64,000 bases of DNA, from IMG/VR virus record IMGVR_UViG_3300050821_008494, one strand, 5' to 3'. Shown here piece after piece: positions 16,915 through 26,414 of the stretch. The notes below the pieces were generated by a model that did no database searches, had not been told where the DNA came from, and saw only the letters and a list, made by a program, of their open reading frames with translations. The DNA is from a virus (taxonomy: Duplodnaviria; Heunggongvirae; Uroviricota; Caudoviricetes). The number at the start of each line of letters is the position of its first letter. Within the stretch, counting starts at the first letter, position 1. The position numbers and the translations under genes were made by a program.

Positions 16915-17150
16915 CAGACCTAGACGAGCCTTCTCTTTCGCAGGCCCTCCGAAGGCACGGCATGACACTAGAGAACCACAACGACATACTCATAGTCCGC
17001 GACCCCAAGACCCGCGAAGTCATGTTCATCGGCTCCCTCTCCAAAGTCAACGTATTCCTGACAACCCTTTCCAAGACCAATACCCCTACCCCTCCGAATC
17101 CAAAACCGCAATCCTCCTCCAGCATATTCGATGAGGTGTGGGCACAATGA
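16911..17150 (+). CDS. Hypothetical protein
   Basis: ATGA-coupled start. Confidence 0.55.
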   Translation: MTDLDEPSLSQALRRHGMTLENHNDILIVRDPKTREVMFIGSLSKVNVFLTTLSKTNTPTPPNPKPQSSSSIFDEVWAQ

Positions 17151-17362
17151 CTACCATAGTCAGCAAACGATGGTTCTACGAGTCTCACTACGGTCCTACT
17201 GTTTCCGCTAATTGCGGTCACAGTATCAAGAGGGCTCAGAAATGGCTTGACGACGCGAGAGCCTCTCACATGAGCTTCCCCAAAGCGAAGCCTATGGAAG
17301 AACGTCTTGTCAAAGTAACAATCATCGAAGTCTACACGGAGGAAGACCTACGTCAAAGCTAA
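17147..17362 (+). CDS. Hypothetical protein
   Basis: ATGA-coupled start. Confidence 0.55.
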   Translation: MTTIVSKRWFYESHYGPTVSANCGHSIKRAQKWLDDARASHMSFPKAKPMEERLVKVTIIEVYTEEDLRQS

Positions 17363-17634
17363 TCGAGGTCTGCTGTGCGGAATGTGGGGACGGCCTTGGC
17401 CTCTGGTATCCAGACCCATACCCTCGCAACGTCTACTGCGAAGACTGCTACGAAGCTCAAGACAGCAGCCCTTGCGAGCAAGAGAAGGAGGACCTAGAGC
17501 AGCAGGTAGAAGAACTCGAATCCGAGAAGCAGAACCTTGAGACCGAGTTGGAAAGAGCCGAAGCAGAGTTGCAAGAGGCCGAGATAAGAGAGGCTGACTT
17601 GGAACAACAGTTGGAGGACCCGGTCGAGGCATGA
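17350..17634 (+). CDS. Zn-finger plus acidic coiled-coil protein (94 aa), probable ACG start; absent from the ORF track
   Basis: SKLIEVCCAECGDG...YCEDCYE then an E/Q-rich heptad. No ATG/GTG/TTG in frame between the stop at 17248 and the Zn finger; GGAGG 7 nt before ACG. Confidence 0.7.
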   Translation, partial: TSKLIEVCCAECGDGLGLWYPDPYPRNVYCEDCYEAQDSSPCEQEKEDLEQQVEELESEKQNLETELERAEAELQEAEIREADLEQQLEDPVEA

Positions 17635-17682
17635 CTCCTGTAAACATACTCTCCGGAGAGAACAGTGAGGCTTATGTAGACA

Positions 17683-17702
17683 GGCATAAGATAAGGGCAG
17701 GT
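17683..17702 (+). promoter_or_regulatory. Operator copy GGCATA-AGA-TAAGGGCAGGT immediately before ATG 17703
   Basis: Exact 20-bp reverse complement of 46532-46551; CTTATGTA TATA-like box at -32..-25. Confidence 0.65.
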
Positions 17703-18122
17703 ATGTCGGCAACGACTCCTGTCCAACTCTCGGAGCGCCAAGCGTTAGCTGAGAGCAAATACCTCGGCCTCCGAGCAGGCTTCTGCCCGAAGTGCGAGTG
17801 CCCATACTGCTTCCACACAATCGTTGACTTAGACGGAAACTCGTTCATCCTAGAGCAGTGCTTCGGACCCGGCTGTGTAAGGTTCGGCACATTCAGCGAC
17901 TACAGAAACACTCTACCCGGAACCTGCGACACGAAGGTCATCTTCAACGTCACATCAATCGAATACTACCCCAAGGAGAAAGTCGGAGCAGGAGGTCCTA
18001 CCGCTCGGCGTTCGAGGAGCGGCCCCATTAAGACGTCAGGCCCGATGCCGGGCAAGTCGTCTAGACAGGGACAACCCCTCTCCAGCCCGACCTCCAAACT
18101 TCAAGGGAGAGCACCTGTATGA
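17703..18122 (+). CDS. Cys-rich Zn-binding protein
   Basis: CPKCECPYC...C....C; start reassigned to the ATG after the operator. Confidence 0.6.
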   Translation: MSATTPVQLSERQALAESKYLGLRAGFCPKCECPYCFHTIVDLDGNSFILEQCFGPGCVRFGTFSDYRNTLPGTCDTKVIFNVTSIEYYPKEKVGAGGPTARRSRSGPIKTSGPMPGKSSRQGQPLSSPTSKLQGRAPV

Positions 18123-18271
18123 ATTCCCGCGAATGCAAGAGATGCGGTAAGAGCTTTCCCCTTCGACACCCTCAGAGGCACAGCCACGACATAAAGCAGG
18201 ACTGCAGTCTAGTTGACGTCTTTCTAGGAGGAAAGCCCGTAATGATATGCGTGACTTCGGTGAAACCATAA
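18119..18271 (+). CDS. Zn-finger microprotein (MNSRECKRCGKSF..., 50 aa)
   Basis: Manually translated; ATGA overlap. Confidence 0.5.
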   Translation: MNSRECKRCGKSFPLRHPQRHSHDIKQDCSLVDVFLGGKPVMICVTSVKP

Positions 18272-18401
18272 TGATGAACAAAGGGAGTCCAGCGGCCAAC
18301 CCTTCAAAGGAGCGGGCAGAATTACCCTGTAGAGCTGGTGCGCACATACGCCAATACTCTCCGTTGGCTCCCGTTCATTCATCTCAGGAGCAGAACTAGC
18401 A

Positions 18402-18545
18402 ATGCCAAGTCTCAAGATACGTTTCAGGGAGAAGTCAACCCAACCCGGCATAGTGAATCCTTGGATGAGAGCTAGGAGCCAGAAAGAAGTCGAAGCATAC
18501 TCAAAGGCCCACAAGCTCGTTGTTCTGGAGGTCGAGGAAGATTGA
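18402..18545 (+). CDS. Hypothetical protein (47 aa, MPSLKIRFREK...)
   Basis: Manually translated; TTGA overlap with the next gene. Confidence 0.5.
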   Translation: MPSLKIRFREKSTQPGIVNPWMRARSQKEVEAYSKAHKLVVLEVEED

Positions 18546-18868
18546 CCGACATCCTAGCCGTCGCAGCGGCATTCGAGTTCGTATTGTTGCTATTGATACT
18601 CTTCGGGCTAGTAATCTATTATGCCCTAATCCCTCATCTGAGGAGAGTTACTTGGACATTCCAAGACCTCTGGTTTCTCAGCGCCATAATCGAGTTCTGG
18701 GTATTCATTGCCATTTCGTTTTCAATCTACGGCAACGGAGGAGCGTGGGGCAGTTTCTTCGCGTTCTACCTCTTCACCGCAATACTGCTGAATATTGGAG
18801 TCGCCTACTACGGCCACAAGTCTGGAAAATGGGAGCTTGTGGAAGACACTAGGAGCGTGACGGATTGA
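18542..18868 (+). CDS. Three-TM membrane protein
   Basis: Three hydrophobic segments. Confidence 0.7.
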   Translation: MTDILAVAAAFEFVLLLLILFGLVIYYALIPHLRRVTWTFQDLWFLSAIIEFWVFIAISFSIYGNGGAWGSFFAFYLFTAILLNIGVAYYGHKSGKWELVEDTRSVTD

Positions 18869-19677
18869 TGGCTCAGGCCATATTCCCGATGAAGCGCGTA
18901 GACTCCTGCGAGCGCTTCAAGAAGCCTCACGTCCACATCATTACCGACTTAGGCAAGGAGACCTGCGACACCCCTCTCTTCGTCCTCAAGAGAGAAGCAG
19001 CCCTCCTAAGTCCCGGTGTCTCGAAGAAGGCACCAGTTACGCTGATGGCAAAGAAATCGACGAAGGCGTCATCAGACCACGGAACGAAGAAAAAGCAAAC
19101 TCCTGCCAAGGCAACCAAACCTCGCAGCGCACCTGCGAAACCCACACCAGCACCAAAGGCTCCGAAGGCACCAACCTTCTACCCTAGCGAACCCAACAAG
19201 GAGATTCGGAAGAAGGCCAGCGAACTGCACGGAGGCGAAGGGCAGTTCAGGGCCAACTCCTTCCTCACTTGGAACCACGCCGTCATCTTCTCGGCACGCT
19301 TGAGGGAAAACCTCCCCTTCAAGTATGTCGGAAAGAACAATCGCGTATCCATCCAAGTGGACGTATTCGAGGACCGCATCGTCCTCTCCAGATACGTCCC
19401 TCCATCCGCAGCCCAGAGGTTCAACACCAAGAACAAGGATGATGCGGAAGCACTCAAGCTCAGTGGCATCGCGTCACTGACTTGGAACTACGCAATTATC
19501 ATCCCAAGTCACTTGACCAAGAGCACGGGTGTCAAGTCCTACCATCTAGAAGGCTTCGAGGCCTTCCACTACACGAGCAAGACCAGCAAGGCTCACGTCC
19601 AGCAGGAAGTTATCGGAGACACTGTGGTGTTGTCTGTCTACACACCACCTACGGAATCCAAAGCCCGTCAGAAGTAG
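18865..19677 (+). CDS. Protein with K/P/A-rich linker and two AbrB-like domains; putative transcription regulator
   Basis: NSFLTWNHAVIFSARLRENL... and GIASLTWNYAIIIP; the 11-aa GIASLTWNYAI is identical in the helicase C-terminus. Confidence 0.6.
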   Translation: MMAQAIFPMKRVDSCERFKKPHVHIITDLGKETCDTPLFVLKREAALLSPGVSKKAPVTLMAKKSTKASSDHGTKKKQTPAKATKPRSAPAKPTPAPKAPKAPTFYPSEPNKEIRKKASELHGGEGQFRANSFLTWNHAVIFSARLRENLPFKYVGKNNRVSIQVDVFEDRIVLSRYVPPSAAQRFNTKNKDDAEALKLSGIASLTWNYAIIIPSHLTKSTGVKSYHLEGFEAFHYTSKTSKAHVQQEVIGDTVVLSVYTPPTESKARQK

Positions 19678-19690
19678 TGTCTCCGACGCT

Positions 19691-19700
19691 CCCCTTTTTT
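19691..19700 (+). terminator. Oligo-T archaeal-type terminator
   Basis: CCCCTTTTTT shortly after a stop, in a rare intergenic gap. Confidence 0.4.
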
Positions 19701-19736
19701 ATCGCGTGTCTGCAAAATAACCGTCTACAATTTCGC

Positions 19737-19744
19737 CTATATAC
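19737..19744 (+). promoter_or_regulatory. TATA box of the replication operon
   Basis: CTATATAC about 30 nt upstream of ATG 19771. Confidence 0.45.
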
Positions 19745-19770
19745 TCGGGAAGACGAGCGCGGACTTCCCA

Positions 19771-20685
19771 ATGAGTTCATCGGAACAAACGCAGCTTGTC
19801 TACCCTCCGCTCGTGTTAGACAGGATTGGCGAAATCAGTCAGAAGACGAGCATCCCCGTAGACACTCTCAAGGTTGACTACGAGGCAATCTTTCTGGACC
19901 CATTCATCCAGAAGGACCCGCAGTTTCAGAACGACGACGAACGTCACAAGTTCGCGGTCGCAACACTGTGGACGAGGTTTGTCGGTCGGGCTCCTCTGTT
20001 CGATGTCAGCGTCATCCCGGTCGGCGTAACACCGAAGCGCCTTTCGAAGGCAGGCAAGCTTTACGCCAGCCTCTTCGTCCTAGTCAAGGACAAGTCAGGG
20101 GTCCTCCAGCTCAAGAGGGTCTCCTTCAACGGAGACAACACATCTCAGCTCTCCGAGATAACCAACTTCAACGGCTACGTTGCGAAGCTCGGAAAGTTCA
20201 AGGGCACAGAGGACTACATCGCAGACTCCCGGACGAAGTGGGAGAACCCACATCCTCTTCCTGCAGAACGAAAGCCAGCAGACCTTCTGAAGAACCTCCA
20301 AGCAATCAAGCGCATCCCTCTCGACAAGGTCTCCTCCTACCCGAGCGCACGAGACGCCCAAGGCTACGCGAACACCCTCGACTGGAGAGTTGTCCGCGCA
20401 ATGGTCTGGCGCAAGCAGAGCGGAGTCGCCAAGAACGGGACAGAGTGGGCTCAATACGTGATAGGTGATGACACGACCGGACGAGAGGACAAGGTCGGCA
20501 AGGACGGCAAAGTCATACCCGCAGGCCTCACGGTCTGGTGTGACAAATCAGTCAACACCTACAACGTAGAGGACGAGTGTGACTTCTACGGCACCATCGA
20601 CATCAGCAAGAAGGACAGCAGCATCTCCATGAACGCCTACCTAGTCCTCCCGGTCCACGCGAGACCGGCAGAAGCAGGCGCATAG
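19771..20685 (+). CDS. Putative RPA-like ssDNA-binding protein (two OB-fold-like domains)
   Basis: Beta-rich repeats (KRLSKAGKLYASLFV; SGVAKNGTEWAQYVIGDDT...LTVW) at the head of the replication module. Confidence 0.55.
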   Translation: MSSSEQTQLVYPPLVLDRIGEISQKTSIPVDTLKVDYEAIFLDPFIQKDPQFQNDDERHKFAVATLWTRFVGRAPLFDVSVIPVGVTPKRLSKAGKLYASLFVLVKDKSGVLQLKRVSFNGDNTSQLSEITNFNGYVAKLGKFKGTEDYIADSRTKWENPHPLPAERKPADLLKNLQAIKRIPLDKVSSYPSARDAQGYANTLDWRVVRAMVWRKQSGVAKNGTEWAQYVIGDDTTGREDKVGKDGKVIPAGLTVWCDKSVNTYNVEDECDFYGTIDISKKDSSISMNAYLVLPVHARPAEAGA

Positions 20686-20695
20686 GTGAACCGGC

Positions 20696-21604
20696 GTGGC
20701 AGACGACTTCGACTCCTTCTTCGGGAGCAATCAGGCTACAGAGCCTGCTCCCGCAGAAGAGAGGCCCGCCGACACACCTACATCTTCAGAGATGGCAGAA
20801 CCTCAGCAAGGCCCTCCTCCAGAGGCTTCAGGGCACGGTAGAGCCAAGTCAGTAGAGATGCTGGCAAAGCCGAAGCCCGACGACCTCCCAGAACCTGCTC
20901 CAGAAGACACGGCAAAGGAGGTCTACCTGTTCTTCGGCGAGAAGAACGACGGCAAGACCTACGCTGCCCTGTCGATGCCCGGAAACATCCTAGCTCTCTC
21001 CTTCGACGGCAAGACATCCATAGTCAAGAAGCGCAGCTACAACAACGACCCTCGCATCCAAGTCTTCGACGCACTCATACGCGAGGACTACTCCTCTCCG
21101 GAGGCCGAGCTTGTGTCCAGCAAGGTAGCCATGGCATACATCAACGAAATCCTCGACAAGGCGAAGGCCAACCCTCCGGACTGGGTCCTCATCGACGGCT
21201 CTGAAATCTTCCAGAAGCTCGCCGAGTCTCTGATGCGCCACAACCAGAGCATCTCCCCATTCGGAGGAGTTCAATGGACTTCGTGGAAGGAAAGACGCTT
21301 CCACATCCGCTCTCTCCACGAGAAGGCCATACGCCTTGCCAAGCGCGGAGTCATCTACACGACCTACGTTGACAAGGACGAGATTGTAGTTGATGGCCAA
21401 ATCAAGGCACGCACCGACGTTCCCAAGTGGCTCGATGCCGTCCTCTACTCCGTAGACGAAGTCATCAGGGTCAAGGCAGCTACAGTTGGCACAGAGCGCC
21501 GCTACATAGCTCGCATCGAGGGGAGCAAGCTGCGTCCGAAGAACTCCGGTAAGGAGTTCGACATTACAGGCAAGGGCGTCAAGGAACTCATCCCGAGTTC
21601 CTGA
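20696..21604 (+). CDS. AAA_24/Sak4-like P-loop ATPase (ssDNA annealing/recombination)
   Basis: FFGEKNDGKT Walker A, WVLIDG Walker B, acidic disordered N-terminus, next to the SSB. Confidence 0.7.
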   Translation: MADDFDSFFGSNQATEPAPAEERPADTPTSSEMAEPQQGPPPEASGHGRAKSVEMLAKPKPDDLPEPAPEDTAKEVYLFFGEKNDGKTYAALSMPGNILALSFDGKTSIVKKRSYNNDPRIQVFDALIREDYSSPEAELVSSKVAMAYINEILDKAKANPPDWVLIDGSEIFQKLAESLMRHNQSISPFGGVQWTSWKERRFHIRSLHEKAIRLAKRGVIYTTYVDKDEIVVDGQIKARTDVPKWLDAVLYSVDEVIRVKAATVGTERRYIARIEGSKLRPKNSGKEFDITGKGVKELIPSS

Positions 21605-21632
21605 CCTCCTTCTTTTTCTCCAAGTGACTTAG

Positions 21633-22409
21633 ATGAACCTGACGACCGACTCCGGAAGGCTTCAATCTCTTCTTGCTCATGCCTTGATGGGAACAAAGCC
21701 TCTCCAGACCTCGGCAACAGTCATGTGGAGCGAGGAGAGCGTTCATTTGGGCTCCATGTTCCTCTCAGTCGTCTCCTGCTATGGCAACTTCAAGAAGGCC
21801 TACTTTGCAAACGGTAACGCCGGTATGTCTCGCTACTCAGCTCAAGGCAAGGAATACATGGTGCTGACAAACTCTCTTCTGAAACGTCTCGGCACTTCGT
21901 TCGGTCAGAGGACCGTCAACTTCTCTACTGACAAGGAGAAGATGTATGTCTTGGCAGAAGGCAAGCCCAAGACCGACTACGAGGAACATCTCAAGAAGCC
22001 CGAGGAAGTCGTGACTCCAGAGAAGTTCCCAATCCCTATGGCAACTACAGAATGGGGCTTCCTCCCGAAGACCATCAAGGACCTTTCAATGAAGTTCTTC
22101 GTCAAGTCCTCCGACCTTCGCTTTCCTTCAGCTGATGAGATAACCTTCGAGTATTCTGGCAAGGCTCTCAGATACAAAATAGAGGACGTTGGAAAACTCG
22201 GCCAAGAGATAGAACTCATAGCCCAGTCTGAGGAGTCAAAGGCTGCCGGTGCGGCAGCATTCACGAAGGTATCAGGAACCTACCTCCAGCCTGTCTTGAG
22301 CGCCCTCGAAGGCAACGTGTGGCTCATACTCTTCAAGGAAGCCCTCATCATCAGCGAGACCGACGACAACCACAGCATTACCTACTTGATGGGAGCGAAG
22401 AAGTCTTGA
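21633..22409 (+). CDS. Putative PCNA-like sliding clamp
   Basis: 258 aa; C-terminal YLQPVLSALEGNVWLILFKEALIISE...ITYLMGA resembles the clamp pattern; RFC S and L are present in the genome. Confidence 0.55.
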   Translation: MNLTTDSGRLQSLLAHALMGTKPLQTSATVMWSEESVHLGSMFLSVVSCYGNFKKAYFANGNAGMSRYSAQGKEYMVLTNSLLKRLGTSFGQRTVNFSTDKEKMYVLAEGKPKTDYEEHLKKPEEVVTPEKFPIPMATTEWGFLPKTIKDLSMKFFVKSSDLRFPSADEITFEYSGKALRYKIEDVGKLGQEIELIAQSEESKAAGAAAFTKVSGTYLQPVLSALEGNVWLILFKEALIISETDDNHSITYLMGAKKS

Positions 22410-22618
22410 GCATACCTCCTCTGAAAATCTTCAAGTGCAAACGCTACAAGGAAGCCTCTGACAACTGGCGTGGGGCTCTCATCATAGTGGCTTCGACTGA
22501 GGAAGAGGCAAGGGCCTTCTTCATGGATTATGGTTGGGGTGACCGCTCTCCTCCAGAATCAATAGAAGAGATTGGGATTGCAGGCAAAGGCGTAATCTAC
22601 GACGACCACGAGAGATGA
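22406..22618 (+). CDS. Hypothetical protein
   Basis: TTGA-coupled start. Confidence 0.55.
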   Translation: MSIPPLKIFKCKRYKEASDNWRGALIIVASTEEEARAFFMDYGWGDRSPPESIEEIGIAGKGVIYDDHER

Positions 22619-22690
22619 GGCGTGTATGCAATCCAGCCAGCTACAGGTCAGCTTAACTTCCGGGAGCCCTAACACGGGGACTTGGTGCGT

Positions 22691-23089
22691 ATGACTTCAT
22701 TCGAAGAATACCAGAGCCTTGCTCACACTACAGCGAGGTATGACACAGATTGCAAGATGAAGGTCGGCGTAGTCCGGCCAAACAACGGACCCTCCGCAGG
22801 GATTCCAAAAGTGGACTTCAAGGACGTCCCGGTCTATCCATTCCTCAAGTCAACAGCAGAGGCAGCAGAGACCCTCGACAAAGTCGTCAAGGTCCGCTTC
22901 CGTGGAGACGCTCCGGGCTACCTGATGAAGGACGACTTGGTGAAAGAGATTGGGGACGACCTCTGGTATATCGCCGAGCGCTGCACAGTCCTCGGGGTCA
23001 GCATGGAGGAGGTCGCACGCATCAACCTTGAGAAGCTCGCATCACGGAACGCACGTGGCGTAATCCACGGCTCAGGAGACAACCGCTGA
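22691..23089 (+). CDS. mazG: MazG-like nucleotide pyrophosphohydrolase
   Basis: KEIGDDLWY...NLEKLASRNARGVIHGSGDNR, the viral MazG signature. Confidence 0.9.
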   Translation: MTSFEEYQSLAHTTARYDTDCKMKVGVVRPNNGPSAGIPKVDFKDVPVYPFLKSTAEAAETLDKVVKVRFRGDAPGYLMKDDLVKEIGDDLWYIAERCTVLGVSMEEVARINLEKLASRNARGVIHGSGDNR

Positions 23090-23373
23090 TGGCTCGCCTC
23101 ACATTCTCCAAAGAGGAAGAGTTCAGGTCGTGGGTTCAAGACCACGCAACCCCAGACCGCTACGAGATGTATACAACTTCGAGAGGCGACATCCTCGTAG
23201 CTCCTACCAAGTCAACCAGGACCCTTCACCAAGCTGTGATAAGATTCGAGCAGAAGGAGCAGGTCGCCAAGTTCATGGCTTTGGCAAAGGAGAAGGGCTT
23301 CAAGGTCTACACAATAGACTCCGTCATCTGGGACATAGAGAAGAGCCCGTCGCAAGAGAGACCAGAGGATTGA
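23089..23373 (+). CDS. Hypothetical protein
   Basis: TGATG coupling. Confidence 0.6.
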   Translation: MARLTFSKEEEFRSWVQDHATPDRYEMYTTSRGDILVAPTKSTRTLHQAVIRFEQKEQVAKFMALAKEKGFKVYTIDSVIWDIEKSPSQERPED

Positions 23374-23378
23374 TTTCT

Positions 23379-23522
23379 ATGGCTCAAGCTCAGTCCTCAG
23401 AGCAGCATTGCCGGGAATGTTGCGACCTCCCATCATACAATCCTAGCAATCATTGCGGAGGTCAGTGCGACAAAGACTGTCCCTGCTTCGGAAAGCCTCC
23501 AAGACCAGAAGGAGGAAACTGA
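23379..23522 (+). CDS. Cys-rich microprotein (47 aa)
   Basis: CRECC...HCGGQCDKDCPC. Confidence 0.5.
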   Translation: MAQAQSSEQHCRECCDLPSYNPSNHCGGQCDKDCPCFGKPPRPEGGN

Positions 23523-23523
23523 G

Positions 23524-24513
23524 ATGGAAGACCGCTTCATTCATCAGTTGTTCGCGCCTTTCACCCGCGACGTTGGCAACCCTGCCCGCATCCGGATAAA
23601 CTCCTACGAGGAGTTCAAGTCATTCGTTGCCCAGAACTCCGGCAAGGCCCACTGCTTCTGCGAAGTATACCCAGCACCATACTTGAAGTTGAGTTCCATC
23701 TTCTACGATTTCGATGGCCCCGCAGCCTACTCGGAGTCCGCAGCCTTCTACAAGTATCTCATGATGGACCGCCAAATCCCTACCATCCCTCTCGACAGCG
23801 GCAAGAAGGGAGTCCATCTCCACGTCTTCACCAAGCCTCATACTTTCAAGGACATCCAAGAGGCGAAGAAATCTCTCGCAGCTACAGCGGTCATCCTTCT
23901 GACAGAGTTCTCGAAGAAGCCTCTGACATCAATCGACACCCACGTGATAGGGGATGTCCGTCGTTTCTGCCGAATCCCCGGAACTCTCCGAGACGACGGC
24001 AACAACTGGTGCACTTACCTCCCTCCAGACTTCATACACATGAGTGAGGAAGAGCTTGCCCTTCACCGCAAGGCTCCACACTACTACGATTACAACCTGC
24101 CTATTCGCCGTCTTGAGTTCTCAGTAGTAACCGACAACTTTGACTTCGTCTCTACCGTCTACTCAAACTCCACACCTACAGCGGACGGCCTCACCCAAAC
24201 TCAGATGGCGGCAGCTACCCCTCCGGAGACCAAAATCATGACATACCTCCAGCGTGTCATGAGGCCTTGTTTGTTTGCGGCCTTCACAGCTTCGAATCCG
24301 AGACATCATACTAGGGTCGCCTCGGTAGTAGACCTCAAGGGAGCAGGGTTCACCCAGAGAGAAATAGAGACCTTCATTGCGCAGCTTCACTGGGTTGACT
24401 ACGACCCGGCAGTAACCCATGTGCAAGTCAGTCACATATTCTCGAAGTCCTACCTCTCATACTCTTGCCGGACTCTTCAGCAACTAGGAATCTGCGATGG
24501 GAAGCACCTATGA
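23524..24513 (+). CDS. priS: Archaeo-eukaryotic primase PriS fused to a PriL C-terminal-like domain
   Basis: DFDG, DSGKKGVHLH and IGDVRRFCRIPGTL (AEP motifs); C-terminal RPC...SCRTLQQLGIC like the PriL-CTD. Confidence 0.85.
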   Translation: MEDRFIHQLFAPFTRDVGNPARIRINSYEEFKSFVAQNSGKAHCFCEVYPAPYLKLSSIFYDFDGPAAYSESAAFYKYLMMDRQIPTIPLDSGKKGVHLHVFTKPHTFKDIQEAKKSLAATAVILLTEFSKKPLTSIDTHVIGDVRRFCRIPGTLRDDGNNWCTYLPPDFIHMSEEELALHRKAPHYYDYNLPIRRLEFSVVTDNFDFVSTVYSNSTPTADGLTQTQMAAATPPETKIMTYLQRVMRPCLFAAFTASNPRHHTRVASVVDLKGAGFTQREIETFIAQLHWVDYDPAVTHVQVSHIFSKSYLSYSCRTLQQLGICDGKHL

Positions 24514-24917
24514 GCGAACACACCAATGCCTTCTGGGAGCGCTACGTCAAAGCCCTCGACGAAGGCCGAGGAGTCTACGAGGAGTTGAAAGTCCTCGAAC
24601 AGCTCCCTACTTGGAGCGAGAAGAAATCATTTCTCGGGAAACACCAATACAACTACTCCATGATGACACCAAGCTCCATGTCGAGCTACCTCAATGACCT
24701 AATCGACTACATGAGGACCCTTCAACTGATTGAGCTTCGTGCTCTTCGCAACGGAATGGAGCGAGACCTCAACGATGCCGAACTCTTCATGAAGAATGCG
24801 AAGTATGCAGACGTCCCGGCCTACCATGCGGCAGCTCTGAAGCGCATAGACAATCTCACTGAGGAACTCTTGGAGAAGACAGGGCAAACAGAATCGGAGG
24901 TTGTGGCACAATTATGA
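24510..24917 (+). CDS. Hypothetical helical protein
   Basis: ATGA-coupled. Confidence 0.6.
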   Translation: MSEHTNAFWERYVKALDEGRGVYEELKVLEQLPTWSEKKSFLGKHQYNYSMMTPSSMSSYLNDLIDYMRTLQLIELRALRNGMERDLNDAELFMKNAKYADVPAYHAAALKRIDNLTEELLEKTGQTESEVVAQL

Positions 24918-25108
24918 TGAGGCTCTCTTGCCCGGAGGTCCGTTGCCGGACTCTCATGTTCCCGGAGAAGGAGAAAGTCATCGTCTACAATTCAGATGAA
25001 GACAGCAAGAAAGATTTCTCTACCGGGTTCACTACAGGCGAAGTCTACGTTTGCAAGAGGACCTATCAACATACTAGCGGCAAGGACATATCGGTCATCG
25101 TAATATGA
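24914..25108 (+). CDS. Small Cys-containing protein
   Basis: Coupled ORF, CPEVRC...C. Confidence 0.55.
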   Translation: MMRLSCPEVRCRTLMFPEKEKVIVYNSDEDSKKDFSTGFTTGEVYVCKRTYQHTSGKDISVIVI

Positions 25109-25716
25109 ATCGTCTCCTCCAAGCTCTCGCATTCGTAGACATAGAGACTTCCGGCCTCAAGGTGGAACGCCATGGAATCCTAAGTCTCGGAGCCGTCAGT
25201 CTCGCCAATCCATCCAAGACCTACTATGCAGAATGTCAGCTCGAAGTCCGGAAGAAGCTCAACCCAGAAGCCCTCGTGTTCAACGGCTTCACTGAAGAGG
25301 ACATCCGGAGTCCTACAAAGATTGGCGCGATAGACCTCATCAAAGGCTTCGAGGCATGGTCAACTGACTTAGGCATCTACGTCCTCGGAGGGCACAACAC
25401 ATGGTTCGACTCAGGATTCATAGAGGAAGCCTACGACCACTATGGAATCCATTGGCGCTTCGGACATCGCATCGTAGACCTCCACTCCGTCTTCTACGCC
25501 GACCTCATGAGGCGCAACGTCCAAGTTCCTCCTGTTGGCTTCGTCCTCGATGTAATCCTCCAGTCTGTTGGCCTTCCTATACGCAAGGGACCTCACAACG
25601 CCCTCGATGACGCCAAGCTCGAAGCCGAGGCCTTCTCCAGAATCGTTCACAAGGAGAGGGTCATCGAAGAGTTCAAGTCCTTCCCAATACCGGACGAAAT
25701 AGTTGTAGCTCCATGA
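25105..25716 (+). CDS. DEDDh (DnaQ-like) 3'-5' exonuclease
   Basis: VDIETSG, GHNTWFD, HNALDDA. Confidence 0.9.
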   Translation: MNRLLQALAFVDIETSGLKVERHGILSLGAVSLANPSKTYYAECQLEVRKKLNPEALVFNGFTEEDIRSPTKIGAIDLIKGFEAWSTDLGIYVLGGHNTWFDSGFIEEAYDHYGIHWRFGHRIVDLHSVFYADLMRRNVQVPPVGFVLDVILQSVGLPIRKGPHNALDDAKLEAEAFSRIVHKERVIEEFKSFPIPDEIVVAP

Positions 25717-26414
25717 GCAACGAATACGCCAACAGAATCCGTAGAGAGCAATACGAGCGCGGCTATGAAGGAGTCCAGATGCTCGCAAAGTTCCTAGAGT
25801 CTCACACGGGTGTTCTAACCGTGAGTGTCAACGAGGCGCAATACTCCCAAGGCAATATGTTCTTCCCGGACTTAGTCTTCCTCAACTATGGAGCCGAGGT
25901 CAAGCGAGCCGAGCTACTCACCAGTAACAGGTTCTCCAAAGGACAGCAGTTCAGAGGTTCCTTGGGCTCCATTCATATCAACAACTGCGGCTGGCACAAT
26001 CTCAAGGCCTACTGTCGGAAGACCTCGAAGGAGCTAGTGCTCATAACAGTCCTGACGTTCGGAAAGCAAGACCCTCTCTTCATCGGCATAGAGCCAGAGC
26101 AGGTCGATGTCTACATATCAGAGTTCGAGAAGCGCAACCCGGATGCCAAGCCGGTAGAGTATCAGGGCAAGCTCGTCTACAAAGAGCATCTTAGAAAGGG
26201 AGGAGCCTTCGTAGGCCATCACGAGCAGGGCAGCAGGGTCCCTGTGAACGTCTTCCGTCTTCTTCGCGACGGCAAAGTCCTAAACCACAACGACAACTTC
26301 AAGAGCTTCTTCCGGAGACTTCCTCCCGAGTATCTCCACGGCCTTCCTGCAACTTCCGAAATGTCATCTACGCTTAAAGGTGACAACTACGCCGGATGCG
26401 AAACTACCCGATGA
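25713..26414 (+). CDS. PD-(D/E)xK nuclease-like protein
   Basis: FPDLVF...AEVKR. Confidence 0.55.
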   Translation: MSNEYANRIRREQYERGYEGVQMLAKFLESHTGVLTVSVNEAQYSQGNMFFPDLVFLNYGAEVKRAELLTSNRFSKGQQFRGSLGSIHINNCGWHNLKAYCRKTSKELVLITVLTFGKQDPLFIGIEPEQVDVYISEFEKRNPDAKPVEYQGKLVYKEHLRKGGAFVGHHEQGSRVPVNVFRLLRDGKVLNHNDNFKSFFRRLPPEYLHGLPATSEMSSTLKGDNYAGCETTR

